Part shown: piece by piece, positions 38,603-49,092 of the stretch | How the letters are laid out: each line of letters begins with the position of its first letter | Position numbering within the stretch: the stretch's first letter is position 1 | Assembly (NCBI GenBank): GCA_021203515.1 | Contig: JAJQAY010000083.1 | Span: 3,665-67,664, forward strand | From: Bacteroides sp. | Lineage (GTDB): Bacteria > Bacteroidota > Bacteroidia > Bacteroidales > Bacteroidaceae | Length of the DNA stretch: 64,000 nucleotides | Direction of reading: 5' to 3' | Translations under genes and position numbers: made by a program | Notes under the pieces: model-generated | Told to the model about the DNA's origin: nothing | What the model saw: only the letters and a program-made list of their open reading frames with translations | The model's database searches: none

Positions 38603-39088
38603 TTATCGTTCCAACTTAATTCCTACGTCGTTGATGCCGGGCAGTGTTTCATCCGGTAGGGTATAGGCTATTTTGAACCGGTAGTCTCCGGGTTTCCCTA
38701 TCTTGATGCTCCCGATGAAGAATGCCGACTGATACAAACCGCCACAGCCATCGCCTTTCCATATTCCTTCTTTATCTGCCAAAATAGCCTGTAAGGTATC
38801 TACGGGTATCTTGTTGATTTCCGGTCCTTCGTAATGAACAGAAAGGTTGATGTTTTGGTAAGGGCAGTCGTTCCGGTTGCGTATTTCTACGGAGAGTTTG
38901 TAGTAGGTCTGTGAGTCGGGAACCGCGACATTAAAGAGCAGCGTGTCCTGTCGCCTCCAGCCCTCTTGCGGAATAGACTGAAAAGCGTGATATACTGTCT
39001 GTTTATCGCAAGCGCTGAGTGCGCCTGCGATAAACAGCAGAATTATACATTTCAGAGTTCCTCTCTTATTCTTGAACAGGTTTGTCAT
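38603..39088 (-). CDS. gldH: Gliding-motility-associated lipoprotein GldH
   Basis: An internal ATG at 39088 gives MTNLFKNKRGTLKCIILLFIAGALSAC (lipobox) plus a 161-aa GldH-like body. As given, the sequence is in frame with the upstream PSP1 ORF. Confidence 0.75.
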   Translation of the reverse strand: MTNLFKNKRGTLKCIILLFIAGALSACDKQTVYHAFQSIPQEGWRRQDTLLFNVAVPDSQTYYKLSVEIRNRNDCPYQNINLSVHYEGPEINKIPVDTLQAILADKEGIWKGDGCGGLYQSAFFIGSIKIGKPGDYRFKIAYTLPDETLPGINDVGIKLER

Positions 39089-40555
39089 TTTGAGCGGGTT
39101 TATCTCCTTGAGGTCTGGGCTTGTTGTTGTGAGGACGTCTGCGGTTATTGTTGTTCCGCTGCGAACGTTCTCCCTGTCCGGACGGTTGCTCACTACCCTG
39201 TCTGGCTGATTGCTCGCCGTTTTGCCTGGGCGGTTGTTCGCCGTTTTGTCTGGGTGGCCTGCCTTGCCGGGGTTGTTCTTGGGAGCGTCTGTTCTCGCCT
39301 TGTCTACTTTCCCTTTGTCTGGGTTGTTCTTGTCTAGGTTGTTCTTTGGTTTGTTGACCCGACGTTTGTTCTTCACCTTGCGGACGGCTGCCGGTGTTCT
39401 TTTCCTCTTCTTGTTCCGGTTACTATTTCCGGCATCATTCCCTGCACCTGCACCGTTCCTGTTTCCGTTGTTTCCTTCTCCTCCGTTTCTGCTTCTGCGG
39501 TTACGGTCGAAGCGGGTCAGACTTTCCTGCTCCAGTAAGTCTACCGGCTTTTTAGGTTCTGCCTGGGGTGCCTCTTCTGCCAGGCTATCCGGCTTGATGC
39601 CCCGCTTGTTCAGGTTGATAACCTCGAATGCACGTCTTCCGCTGATAGTAACCAGGTTGGCGGGAATATTCTTGTCGCTGGAATAAGTCACCTGATTGCT
39701 GAGTATGTCGGCCTTGAAGAAATAGAAGATACCGTCTTTGGTTTCCAGTTCCATTTCTCTGGAAGGCAGGCGCTTTTGTGCCTCCACATAGTAGTCCACC
39801 TCATAGTTGAGGCAGCATTTCAACTTGGCACATTGCCCTGCCAGTTTCTGCGGGTTCAGGGAGATATCCTGAAAGCGGGCGGCGCTGGTCGATACGGACA
39901 CGAAAGAAGTCATCCACGTGGCACAGCACAGCTCACGTCCGCAAGGGCCGATACCGCCGATGCGTCCGGCTTCCTGACGGGAACCGATTTGCTTCATCTC
40001 GATGCGCACATGGAAAGCGTCGGCAAGAACTTTAATCAGTTGGCGGAAGTCCACACGCTCGTCGGCAATGTAGTAGAAGATAGCCTTGTTGCCGTCTCCC
40101 TGATACTCCACATCCCCGATTTTCATATTGAGGTTCAGGTTCAGGGCGATCTGGCGGGCGCGGATCATAGTGCTATGTTCGCGTGCCTTGGCCTCATTGT
40201 ATTTATCCATATCCACCTGCTTTGCTTTCCGGTAGATACGTTTGATGTCGGCCTCCGATTTGATGTTTGCTTTCCGCATCTGTAGCGGAACGAGGCATCC
40301 CGTTAGGGTCACCACACCGATGTCATGTCCCGGAGTAGCCTCTACAGCTACGATGTCCCCTTTTTCCACAGGGATTTTATTGCTGTTGCGGAAATACCCT
40401 TTACGGGTGTTCTTGAACTGAACTTCCACCAAATCCGACTCTTCGGCATTGCCCGGTATGTCGGCAAGCCAGTCGTAGGTATTCAGTTGCTTGTCCTGCC
40501 TGCCGCAACTCTTGCAACAGAGACATCCGCTTCCGTTATGTAGTTTAAATTCCAT
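39066..40555 (-). pseudogene. PSP1 (RicT/YaaT-like) domain protein; the literal ORF 38603-40555 runs in frame into gldH, probably through a 1-nt indel
   Basis: PSP1 C-terminal domain with Cys motifs GPCGRELCC and KLKCCLNYE. A second frame is open from 39419 and encodes a Q/R/E/P-rich tail ending ...NNKPRPQGDKPAQNDKPVQE at TAA 39066-39068, just inside gldH. Confidence 0.7.
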
Positions 40556-40563
40556 TCTTTTAT

Positions 40564-41688
40564 CTATTGTTTTAATAATACAATCATTTTCAGTGAGAAG
40601 TCGAAGAATACCATACGGGCATTCACGTTTTGCTCGATGTGTACCTGTGCTTCGCTCAGTTCATTCATGATGCCTATCACGTTCCGCTCGTTGACAAACG
40701 GGGCGAAGCGGGTGGCGAAGTTCTGCTCCGGCAGGGTCATATAGTTTATTTCCTTGCGGTGCAGGTTGTATATGAAGTTCTCCCGTGTCATGCGCTGGCA
40801 GTATCCCAGGAAGTTCTTTTGGCGTTCCCGTCCCATGCCGGCCAGTTGCTCGCTCCATTGTTTCATCTCCCGTATCTTCCGTTGGTAAGAGAGACGCATC
40901 AGGCTGACAAACAGTTCGAAGAAAAGCTCGTTTTCCTCGTTCAGGTGAATGGTCTCTAATGCCTTGATAAAATCTCCGTTTGCCAGATGAGCGATAGTCT
41001 GGCTATCCACCGGCTGCACGCCGAATTTCTGTTGCAGAGCGTCGGCAATATCCGCTTCTTCTATCTTGCGTATGTTGAAACGCTGCGTACGGCTGAGGAT
41101 GGTGGGCAGTATCATTTCCGGTGCTTCGGATACTAATAAGAAGACGGTTTTCTCCGGCGGCTCTTCCAGTAGTTTCAGCAACTTGTTGGCACAGACTTCG
41201 TGCATCTTTTCCGGCAACCAGACGATGGTTACCTTATATCCTCCTTCGCTGGATTTTAGGCTGAGCTTTCGCGTGATTTCATCGCTCTCTTTGGCGTAGA
41301 TAATCGCTTGTTCGTTTTCCGCGCCCATCTCGTTCAGCCAATGGTTTAGGGAGAAGTAGGGACTGCTTAGCACAAGATGCCGCCAATCGGCAATGTAGTC
41401 ATCACACACCTCCTTCTTTCCTTTGGAACTCTTTACGATGGGAAAGACGAAATGAACATCCGGATGCACCAGCTTATTCCACTTTACGCACGAAGGGCAC
41501 GTGCCGCAAGCGTCGGTTTCCGTTCTGTTCGGGCAACAGATATAACGGGCATAAGCCATTGCCAACGGGAGTTTTCCTACCCCTGTCGGACCACAAAACA
41601 GTTGCGCGTGCGGGATACGTCCTTCCTGTACCTCTTGTCTCAACCGCTGTTTAGCAGCTTCCTGCCCTATTACATCTTTGAAAAACAC
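40564..41688 (-). CDS. holB: DNA polymerase III subunit delta' (HolB)
   Basis: AAA+ clamp-loader fold GPTGVGKLPLA, zinc module CGTCPSC, SRTQ sensor motif. 374 aa. Confidence 0.88.
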   Translation of the reverse strand: MFFKDVIGQEAAKQRLRQEVQEGRIPHAQLFCGPTGVGKLPLAMAYARYICCPNRTETDACGTCPSCVKWNKLVHPDVHFVFPIVKSSKGKKEVCDDYIADWRHLVLSSPYFSLNHWLNEMGAENEQAIIYAKESDEITRKLSLKSSEGGYKVTIVWLPEKMHEVCANKLLKLLEEPPEKTVFLLVSEAPEMILPTILSRTQRFNIRKIEEADIADALQQKFGVQPVDSQTIAHLANGDFIKALETIHLNEENELFFELFVSLMRLSYQRKIREMKQWSEQLAGMGRERQKNFLGYCQRMTRENFIYNLHRKEINYMTLPEQNFATRFAPFVNERNVIGIMNELSEAQVHIEQNVNARMVFFDFSLKMIVLLKQ

Positions 41689-41740
41689 AGTACTATAATA
41701 ATTTTAGTTAATAGCTGATTCCTTTTTCCTAGTAGCTAAT

Positions 41741-42694
41741 TCAATACACCTGCCTAGCTACTTTCCGGATGCTGTCTACCGCGCCAATGGAGTAGAAGTG
41801 AATACTGGGAATGCCATGCGCCATCAATTCCTTGCATTGCTGCACGCACCACTCGATGCCTACTTGCTGCGCTTCGGCATCGTTCTTACACTTCATTGCC
41901 TCCTTTGCCAGTTCTTCGGGTAGGTCGACTTTGAAAGTTTTGGGTATCATGCTAATCTGTGACAACTTCTTGAAAGGCTTGATGCCCGGAATGATAGGAA
42001 TGGTGACCCCTGCCTTTCGGGTGCGTTTCACAAAGTCGAAATATTTCCGGTTGTCGTAGAAGAGTTGGGTGACGGCATATTCAGCTCCTTGTTCCATTTT
42101 CTTTTTCAGCCAATGGATGTCGGTGTCGATATTGGGAGCTTCCTCGTGTTTCTCCGGATAGCAAGCCACACCGTAAGAGAACGGGGTACTGGTGACTTTC
42201 ATCTCGGAGCCGTCTACGAAGATACCTTTATTGAAATTATTGATTTGTTCCTGCAACTCGATGGCATGATGATAGCCGTCGCCCTCGGGAGTAAAGACCG
42301 ATTCGTGCTTTGCCTTGTCGCCGCGCAATACAAGAAGGTCGGCGATGTTCAGGAATTGCAGGTCGAGCAGTACATATTCGGTTTCTTCGCGAGTGAAGCC
42401 GCTGCAAAGAATATGAGGCACGACCGTAATATTATACTTGTTCTGTATAGCGGCAGCCACAGCCACAGTGCCCGGACGGCGGCGCAAGCGGCTTCGCTGG
42501 AACAGTCCGTTGCCCAGGTCCTTGTACACGTATTCGCTGCGATGCGTGGTGATATTGATGTATTTAGGGTCAAATTCCCGTAATGTATCTATAGTTTCAT
42601 ACAGCTTTTCAATGCCTGTGCCTTTCAATGGAGGCAATATTTCAAAAGAAAAAGCTGTTTTTTCGTTACTGTTTATCAGGTCGATTACTCTCAT
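41741..42694 (-). CDS. metF: Methylenetetrahydrofolate reductase [NAD(P)H] MetF
   Basis: 317-aa MTHFR-family sequence (FSFEILPP...TTHRSE...TQLFYD). Confidence 0.92.
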   Translation of the reverse strand: MRVIDLINSNEKTAFSFEILPPLKGTGIEKLYETIDTLREFDPKYINITTHRSEYVYKDLGNGLFQRSRLRRRPGTVAVAAAIQNKYNITVVPHILCSGFTREETEYVLLDLQFLNIADLLVLRGDKAKHESVFTPEGDGYHHAIELQEQINNFNKGIFVDGSEMKVTSTPFSYGVACYPEKHEEAPNIDTDIHWLKKKMEQGAEYAVTQLFYDNRKYFDFVKRTRKAGVTIPIIPGIKPFKKLSQISMIPKTFKVDLPEELAKEAMKCKNDAEAQQVGIEWCVQQCKELMAHGIPSIHFYSIGAVDSIRKVARQVY

Positions 42695-42743
42695 TTCTTT
42701 TTCGTTATCTTTGTCTAACCGGCAAAAACTTGCACATTGGGAA

Positions 42744-42751
42744 CAAAAATA
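42744..42751 (-). promoter_or_regulatory. -7 box TATTTTTG for metF
   Basis: Minus-strand TAnnTTTG match 50 nt upstream of the metF ATG. Confidence 0.4.
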
Positions 42752-42783
42752 CGAAAAAGAAATGAGAATGCCTTTTTGCCAGG

Positions 42784-44686
42784 CTATTCTTTTATACAGC
42801 GGATGGAAAGAGCGATATAAAAGTCCTTGTTCTTAGCTAAATTACTGCCACGAGCAATCTCATTCATATTTCCCATCATGAGAATGGCTTCATCGGCAAG
42901 CGTCCCTCCAGCGTTTCCACTTATCCAGTAGGCGGCTGCCGTACCGGTATTTCGACGCTTTTGTGTTCCATTATCTCCAACATTGAATAATCCGTTGGAT
43001 AAGAAACTTAATCCGGTTTGGTTGGTGGCAGGGAGGGCTTCTGCTCCACTGAAGCTTTCTCATGTTGCGGCTTTCAGGAGGGCAGTTTCGTAATTCTCCA
43101 GTTTTTCCCAATCGGAACTATTCGGGATTTTCCAACCTTCAGGGGGCTAACTCACCGTCAAGAAGAGCTTCTCCATTATAGAAGAAGACGTTGCCATACT
43201 TGAAGTAACCGGCTTCTTTACCTAATTCATCTATTGAGGAGAGAGGCTTTCTGTTTTGATAACAAGTTGCCCGCAAGTCTTCTTTCATCCAATATTGCGT
43301 ACCTATTTTTACGATGGGATAGGTTTCCAGTATTCCGCTTCGCAAGTCTCTGATGGTGTAGCTGCTTACGTTGATGGACAAGGCTGTTGCAGGCTTTTCA
43401 AAAACAATGTTTTTGTTGTTGTCGATATAAAACTTCTCAATCGGTTTAGAGTGTCCGGCTGTATAATTTAAGGAGCTATTTTGTGTATCCCAGCATACGG
43501 AACCGCCATGTATCAAGGCCGCTTTGTCCGGTAGCTGGAGAACAACCCCTTTAGTCAAGTCGGTCTGTTCGTTGTCCAACACAGGATAAACCACAATGGC
43601 TTTGGAACCGAATGTCTTATCGTCGGTCTGGAGGTATTCGCGGCAAACTTCGGCTATAGGGTTTCCCTGATAATAAACCCTGTATACGTCGGATGTGCTG
43701 AATGAGAAAGAGGCTGTGTGAACGGCAGTGATGTTGTAATCATTCTCGCCGGTTGCCTTTTCATTGAAACTCCATTCTTTGATATTAGCGACTATACCCG
43801 TCAATGCCTTGCTTGTGCTTTGCAGTGCATCGATGCGGATTTCCAATTCCGTATCGCTTTTGACAGTAGCCGAAGACATGGAGCAAGTGTATATTTTGCC
43901 ATTCCATTCCAGTGTGAATGCTTGGTTGCTGTTGGGGTGTGTCTGCGGGATGATAATAAACTCTTTGCCCGTCAATGTGCCGTCATCTTGCTCCTTCCAT
44001 TTTCCGAAAAGGGATAATATCTGCCTCACTATCTTCTACCAATCCTGACAATTCTCCCGATTGCAGGTCGTATATAACTTGGGTCTTGAAGCCGGTAGTA
44101 ACGATTCTGGGATTGACCTTAAGCATATCGTTCACGTTCTCTCCTTTTTCGGGAGCAAGTACGATGTTGATTTTTGCCAGTCGGTGCTTGTATTCCAGTT
44201 CTACAGTTTCCTTGCTGTTACGCACTTCCTCGATGTTGGCAGTCATGAAGTTGGATAGGGCGTAGTTTTGCGAATTGCTCTGATTGGTTTGCACTGCGAT
44301 ATTCAGGAGAGTACTTCCTTGGGAAATGCCTTCGGCTTGATAAGGGTAGTAACTGATAAAGTCCAGCGTGGCATCGCCTTCGGGATAGAACACTTCCTTT
44401 TGCGGGGTTAGGGTAGAGCCTTCTCCGCAAGCTAGACGCAGATTATTGATGTAGCGCTGTTGGTCCAAGGAATTATTCGTCAGCATGGCGAATAGTCCCA
44501 TTTGGTCTCCAACCTCAAAAGTGCTTTGTGTAGCCTTGGTGGTGCTTTTACTGATTTTGGTGGAGAAGGAAATGGGGATACTCCCCTCCTTTATCTCATC
44601 TTCAATTTTGTTGATGCAGGATGCACTGAACAGGGCGCAAAAATGAGTGATATATTCAATGCCTTTCCTAAATAGCAGTTTTTCAT
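42784..44686 (-). pseudogene. Fimbrillin-family lipoprotein with C-terminal FISUMP domain, at least 3 frameshifts and 1 nonsense codon
   Basis: Lipobox ...HFCALFSASC. FISUMP motifs are KIGTQYWMKEDL and LAPEGWKIPNSSDW. Shifts are at the T5/A5 run 44679-44683, near 44000-44013 and at the G5 run 43142-43146. An in-frame TGA at 43060-43062 sits where Trp is expected (KAATwESFSG). Confidence 0.78.
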
Positions 44687-44977
44687 TCTAATATTATTTG
44701 TAAGGCGGATTAAGTATCCGTCTTAGGTTTATGTTTAAAAATGGTGTGTCTAAATGTTAGATTGAGCGGTACCCGGAGAGCAGGGGAAGTCGGTGCTTTT
44801 CTTTCTTCTTTTTTGGCACAAATTGTTAAAAACGGGGGTAAATGTATACTAATATTTCGTATTGTGAACCCTAAATCAATAAAAACTTCTCTAAATAATT
44901 TATGGCACTCTGATTTTTTGCCTAACTTTATACGCTAAAATCGTATATAGTAATTAGTTAAACCATAGAATACGCTT

Positions 44978-45895
44978 ATGCCTTTAAATTTACCCGATAA
45001 GCTTCCTGCGATAGAACTGCTGAAAGAGGAGAATATTTTCGTGATTGACAACTCGCGTGCCACTCAACAGGACATCCGCCCTCTACGTATTGTCATATTA
45101 AACCTGATGCCGCTGAAGATTACAACGGAGACGGACTTGGTGCGTTTGCTTTCCAATACCCCGTTGCAGGTGGAGATTTCATTTATGAAAATCAAGAGTC
45201 ACACGTCTAAGAATACTCCGATAGAACACATGAAGACTTTCTATACGGATTTCGAGAAGATGCGCGGCGAGAAGTACGACGGTATGATTATCACCGGTGC
45301 ACCCGTGGAACAGATGGACTTTGAGGAAGTGACTTACTGGAAGGAGATTACTGAAATCTTTGACTGGGCGCGCACGCACGTCACATCTACGCTTTATATC
45401 TGCTGGGCGGCACAGGCAGGGCTGTATCATCATTACGGAGTGCCCAAGTATGCTTTGGACAAGAAGATGTTCGGTACCTTCGAGCACCGTCCGCTGAACC
45501 CTCCGCATCCTATATTCCGTGGGTTCGACGATGTGTTCTATGTTCCCCATAGCCGCCATACCGAAGTGCGGAGAGAGGATATTCTGAAAGTTCCCGAATT
45601 GACGTTGCTTTCGGAGTCTAAAGATGCCGGTGTGTATATGGCAGTGGCTCGTGGCGGTCGCGAGTTCTTCGTGACCGGTCATTCGGAGTATTCCCCCTTG
45701 ACGCTGGATGGTGAATATCGTCGTGATTTGGATAAGGGATTGCCCATTGAGATGCCGCGCAATTATTATGTGGACGATAATCCCGACAAGGGTGTGCTGG
45801 TTCGTTGGCGTGCCCACGCCAACTTGCTGTTCTCCAATTGGCTGAACTACTTTGTATATCAGGAAACGCCTTATAATATTAATGATATTGTATAA
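44978..45895 (+). CDS. metA: Homoserine O-acyltransferase MetA (succinyl/acetyl)
   Basis: 305 aa matching MetA along the full length ([21 protein letters not shown]...[15 protein letters not shown]...GHSEYS). Confidence 0.93.
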   Translation: MPLNLPDKLPAIELLKEENIFVIDNSRATQQDIRPLRIVILNLMPLKITTETDLVRLLSNTPLQVEISFMKIKSHTSKNTPIEHMKTFYTDFEKMRGEKYDGMIITGAPVEQMDFEEVTYWKEITEIFDWARTHVTSTLYICWAAQAGLYHHYGVPKYALDKKMFGTFEHRPLNPPHPIFRGFDDVFYVPHSRHTEVRREDILKVPELTLLSESKDAGVYMAVARGGREFFVTGHSEYSPLTLDGEYRRDLDKGLPIEMPRNYYVDDNPDKGVLVRWRAHANLLFSNWLNYFVYQETPYNINDIV

Positions 45896-45898
45896 ATT

Positions 45899-45964
45899 CA
45901 CTACGAATTAACACAGATTTTCCGGATGATTATAATCTGTGATAATCCGTGTTAATCTGTAGTG
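45899..45964. repeat. REP-like hairpin element, arms of (A)ACACAGATT-type sub-repeats
   Basis: CACTACGAATTAACACAGATT...AATCCGTGTTAATCTGTAGTG with an inner pairing. It lies between the metA stop and the U32 ATG. Confidence 0.8.
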
Positions 45965-45972
45965 CAGAGATT

Positions 45973-47821
45973 ATGATAAAGCAACGTAAAATAGAATTGC
46001 TGGCTCCTGCCAAGAACCTGGAATGTGGCATCGAAGCGATTAATCACGGGGCGGACGCGGTGTATATCGGTGCGCCTAAGTTCGGTGCACGTGCGGCAGC
46101 GGTCAATTCGCTGGAAGACATTGCGGCTTTGGTGGAATATGCACATATATATAATGTACGCATCTACGTCACGGTCAATACCATCCTGAAAGAAGAGGAA
46201 CTGGCGGAGACAGAGCAGATGATTTGGGAATTATATCGTTTGGGCGTAGACGCACTGATAGTGTAGGATATGGGGATTACCCGCCTCCACCTGCCACCCA
46301 TACCCCTACATGCCAGCACGCAGATGGATAACCGTACACCGGAGAAAGTCCGTTTCCTGAAAGATGCCGGCTTCCGCCAAGTGGTATTGGCGCGTGAGCT
46401 TTCGTTGCAGGATATCCGCCGCATTCACGATGCTTGCCCGAAGTACCTCTCGAAGTATTTGTGCATGGCGCACTCTGCGTCAGCTATAGCGGGCAGTGCT
46501 ATGTCAGCCAGGCCTGCTTCAGTCGAAGTGCCAACCGGGGAGAATGTGCGCAGTTCTGCCGGTTGCCGTTCAGCCTTGTCGATGCCGACGGGAAGACGAT
46601 TGTGCGCGACAAGCATCTGCTATCCCTGAAAGACCTCAACCAGAGCGAAGTGCTGGAAGACCTGCTCGATGCAGGCGCTTCTTCCCTGAAGATAGAGGGG
46701 CGGCTGAAGGACGTTTCGTATGTAAAGAATGTCACTGCCGTCTATCGCCGGAAACTGGATGCTATCTTTGCCCGTCGCAAGGAGTATGTCCGTGCCTCTT
46801 CCGGTACTTGTCATTTCGACTTCACTCCCCAATTGGACAAGAGTTTCAGCCGGGGCTTCACCCACTACTTCCTGCAAGGCCGCGAGCAGGGAATATCCTC
46901 TTTCGATACTCCCAAGTCTCTGGGCGAGGAGATGGGAACGATGAAGGAGCAGCGTGGCAATTATCTGACCGTGGCAGGCGTGAATCCTTTCCATAATGGA
47001 GACGGCGTATGCTTCCTCGATGAGCAGGGCCGTCTGCAAGGCTTCCGCATCAATCGTGTGGACGGAAACAAGCTATATCCCGCGGGAGAGATGCCCCGCA
47101 TCAAGCCCCGCACCCTCCTTTACCGTAATTTCGACCAGGAGTTTGAGCGTGTGCTTGCCCGCAAATCGTCCGAACGGAAGATAGGTGTTAGCCTGGAGTT
47201 GGCCGCCACTTCGTTCGGCTTTAGCCTGACGGCTACGGATGAAGACGATAATCGCGTGACGCTGTCCTTTCCTTATATAAAGGAACCGGCACGTACACCG
47301 CAGGTGGATAACCTCCGGACGCAATTGAGCAAACTGGGTAACACCCCGTTCGAGGTGAGACTACTCCTGAAGGACTCCCCGGCTTCATTGTCCGCTTCCC
47401 GGAGAACTGGTTTCTGCCTGCTTCGGTGGTTGCCGACTGGCGCAGACAGGTGATAGACAAACTGATTGCCGCCCGGCGCATCACCTATCGTCGCGAACTG
47501 GCCGTGTGGAAGCCGACGCGCCATGCCTTTCCTGCCGCCTCGCTCACTTATCTGGGAAATGTGATGAACAACCCTGCCAGGAACTTCTATCTCGAACATG
47601 GAGTTGCCTCGGTGGCTCCGGCTTACGAAAAGCAGGCGGTGCCCGATGCGGTGCTGATGTTCTGCAAGCATTGCCTGCGCTATAGCATGGGTTGGTGCCC
47701 GACGCATCAGAAAGGGCGCTCCTCTTATCGCGAACCCTATTATCTGGTGAGAACGGACGGCAAGCGTTTCCGCCTGGACTTTGACTGTAAACATTGCCAG
47801 ATGAAAGTATATGCAGAGTAG
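45973..47821 (+). pseudogene. Peptidase U32 family protein, in-frame TAG plus two frameshifts
   Basis: Blocks IELLAPAKNLE, GADAVYIGAPKFGAR and FVHGALCVSYSGQCYVSQ. The TAG at 46264-46266 (ALIV*DMG) sits at an expected Gln. Shifts are near 46440 (G/GG) and at the C-run 47377-47380. Confidence 0.85.
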
Positions 47822-47849
47822 TGAGATACGTGGAATAGAAGAAAGAGGT

Positions 47850-48878
47850 ATGCGGACGGATGAGAATAAAACGCAGATTAACGCAGATTTATGCAAAGAT
47901 TTCCCTTCTCTGCGTAACTCTGCGTTAATCTGCGTTTTACTATTGCTTGCCTGTTGCCTGGCTTCTTGCCACTATCCCCGCCCCAATCTGGAAGACGAAA
48001 CCTTGAGTGCCCGCACCCGCGACTCCCTGGCTTATCTCTACGAACGGCATTATACTTGGGACACCAATCTGGAAGTTCAGGATGACTCCGTCACCATCGC
48101 CTGCCTGCCGGTGAAGGACTGCTACAACACGCTCCACAAGGGCGACCGCGTGGTCGTGGCAGAGTTTGCCGTTCATCCTGCCGATAGCGTGGATAGCGTC
48201 TGGGTGAAGCTGGCCCACTCGCAAGAGGTGCAGGGCTGGATACGGGAGTCGGATATGATACGCGCCTTTGTCCCGACGGACAGTATTTCGCAATCCATCT
48301 ACTTGTTCAGCGATACACATGCTTCTTACTTCATCGTTATCTTCGCGTTGTTTGTGGCGGTGTGGCTGTTTCGTGCTTTTCGCCGCAAGCAATTGCAGAT
48401 GGTCTATTTCAATGATATTGACAGTGTGTATCTGCTGTTGCTGTGTCTGCTGATGGCGTTCAGCGCCACCGTCTACGAGTCGATGCAGGTATTCGTGCCG
48501 GAGACGTGGCAGCACTTTTATTTTAATCCCACGCTGTCGCCATTCCGGGTGCCGTTCGTGCTGTCCGTCTTCCTGATGAGCCTTTGGCTGTTCGTCGTGG
48601 TGCTGCTGGCGGTGCTCGATGATTTGTTCCGTCAACTCAGTCCGGCCGCTGCCGTGTTCTATCTCCTGGGACTAGCTTCGTGTTGCATCTTCTGCTACTT
48701 TTTCTTTATTCTGACCACACACATCTACGTGGGTTATCTGTTTTTGGGCGTATTCGTCTACGTATTTCTGCGAAAGCTGCACGCTTCGCTGTCGGTGTCG
48801 CGCTATCGCTGCGGGCATTGCGGGCAGAAGTTGCGGGTGAAAGGCGTATGTCCGCATTGCGGGGCTATCAACGAGTGA
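47850..48878 (+). CDS. Hypothetical membrane lipoprotein-like protein with SH3-like segment and C-terminal zinc ribbon
   Basis: Signal/lipobox-like ALICVLLLLACCLASC, several TM helices, C-terminal CGHCGQKLRVKGVCPHCG. The start is uncertain (ATG 47811 or 47850). The 5' end lies inside a hairpin element. Confidence 0.6.
   Translation: MRTDENKTQINADLCKDFPSLRNSALICVLLLLACCLASCHYPRPNLEDETLSARTRDSLAYLYERHYTWDTNLEVQDDSVTIACLPVKDCYNTLHKGDRVVVAEFAVHPADSVDSVWVKLAHSQEVQGWIRESDMIRAFVPTDSISQSIYLFSDTHASYFIVIFALFVAVWLFRAFRRKQLQMVYFNDIDSVYLLLLCLLMAFSATVYESMQVFVPETWQHFYFNPTLSPFRVPFVLSVFLMSLWLFVVVLLAVLDDLFRQLSPAAAVFYLLGLASCCIFCYFFFILTTHIYVGYLFLGVFVYVFLRKLHASLSVSRYRCGHCGQKLRVKGVCPHCGAINE
47868..47938. repeat. 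REP-like hairpin element (ACGCAGATTA class) inside the 5' coding region of the membrane protein gene
   Basis: AAAACGCAGATTAACGCAGATTTATGCAAAG...CTCTGCGTAACTCTGCGTTAATCTGCGTTTT. Confidence 0.85.
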
Positions 48879-48946
48879 CGGCTTGAGGTGTAGCCGAAGC
48901 ATACTCTCCTCCCTATCTTATCCATACTCTCCTAGTACATTAGCAT

Positions 48947-49031
48947 ATAATCAATGCGGATGATTACTACAATCATGTATAATGATTGTGGCAATCATCC
49001 GTATTGATTGTATCAATCATCCTACATGATT
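48947..49031. repeat. REP-like hairpin element, arms of CAATCAT/ATGATTG sub-repeats
   Basis: ATAATCAATGCGGATGATTACTACAATCAT-GTATA-ATGATTGTGGCAATCATCCGTATTGATT, plus extra CAATCAT copies. Confidence 0.8.
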
Positions 49032-49092
49032 GTCGGCTGATGTCCGGCCTTTGCCGGGATGAGGTAGGGCATCGGCATGGCAAAGGTAGTGA

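Noticed and set aside
44814-44917. Two further TGGCAC motifs (44814, 44903) as sigma-54 promoters.
   Set aside because: The -12 element is missing at the required spacing. Positions 12-15 read GTTA and TTTT instead of TTGC.
44700-44977. A SAM riboswitch or other leader upstream of metA (and at 42695-42783 upstream of metF).
   Set aside because: I could not find the conserved S-box/SAM-I core segments or a convincing multi-stem fold, only AT-rich promoter-like sequence.
45949-45972. N-terminal extensions of ORFs into repeat arms (45949-45972, 54049-54075, 54456-54482, 51526-51576, 20120-20398).
   Set aside because: The extensions are encoded by hairpin-repeat arms or by the preceding gene. 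Internal ATGs give N-termini that match family expectations.
49047-49089. An inverted repeat GGCCTTTGCC...GGCAAAGGTA just 3' of the TonB-dependent receptor, containing a minus-strand TACCTTTG.
   Set aside because: A promoter here would transcribe antisense into the convergent upstream gene. It is more likely a weak terminator-like hairpin, and there is too little evidence either way.
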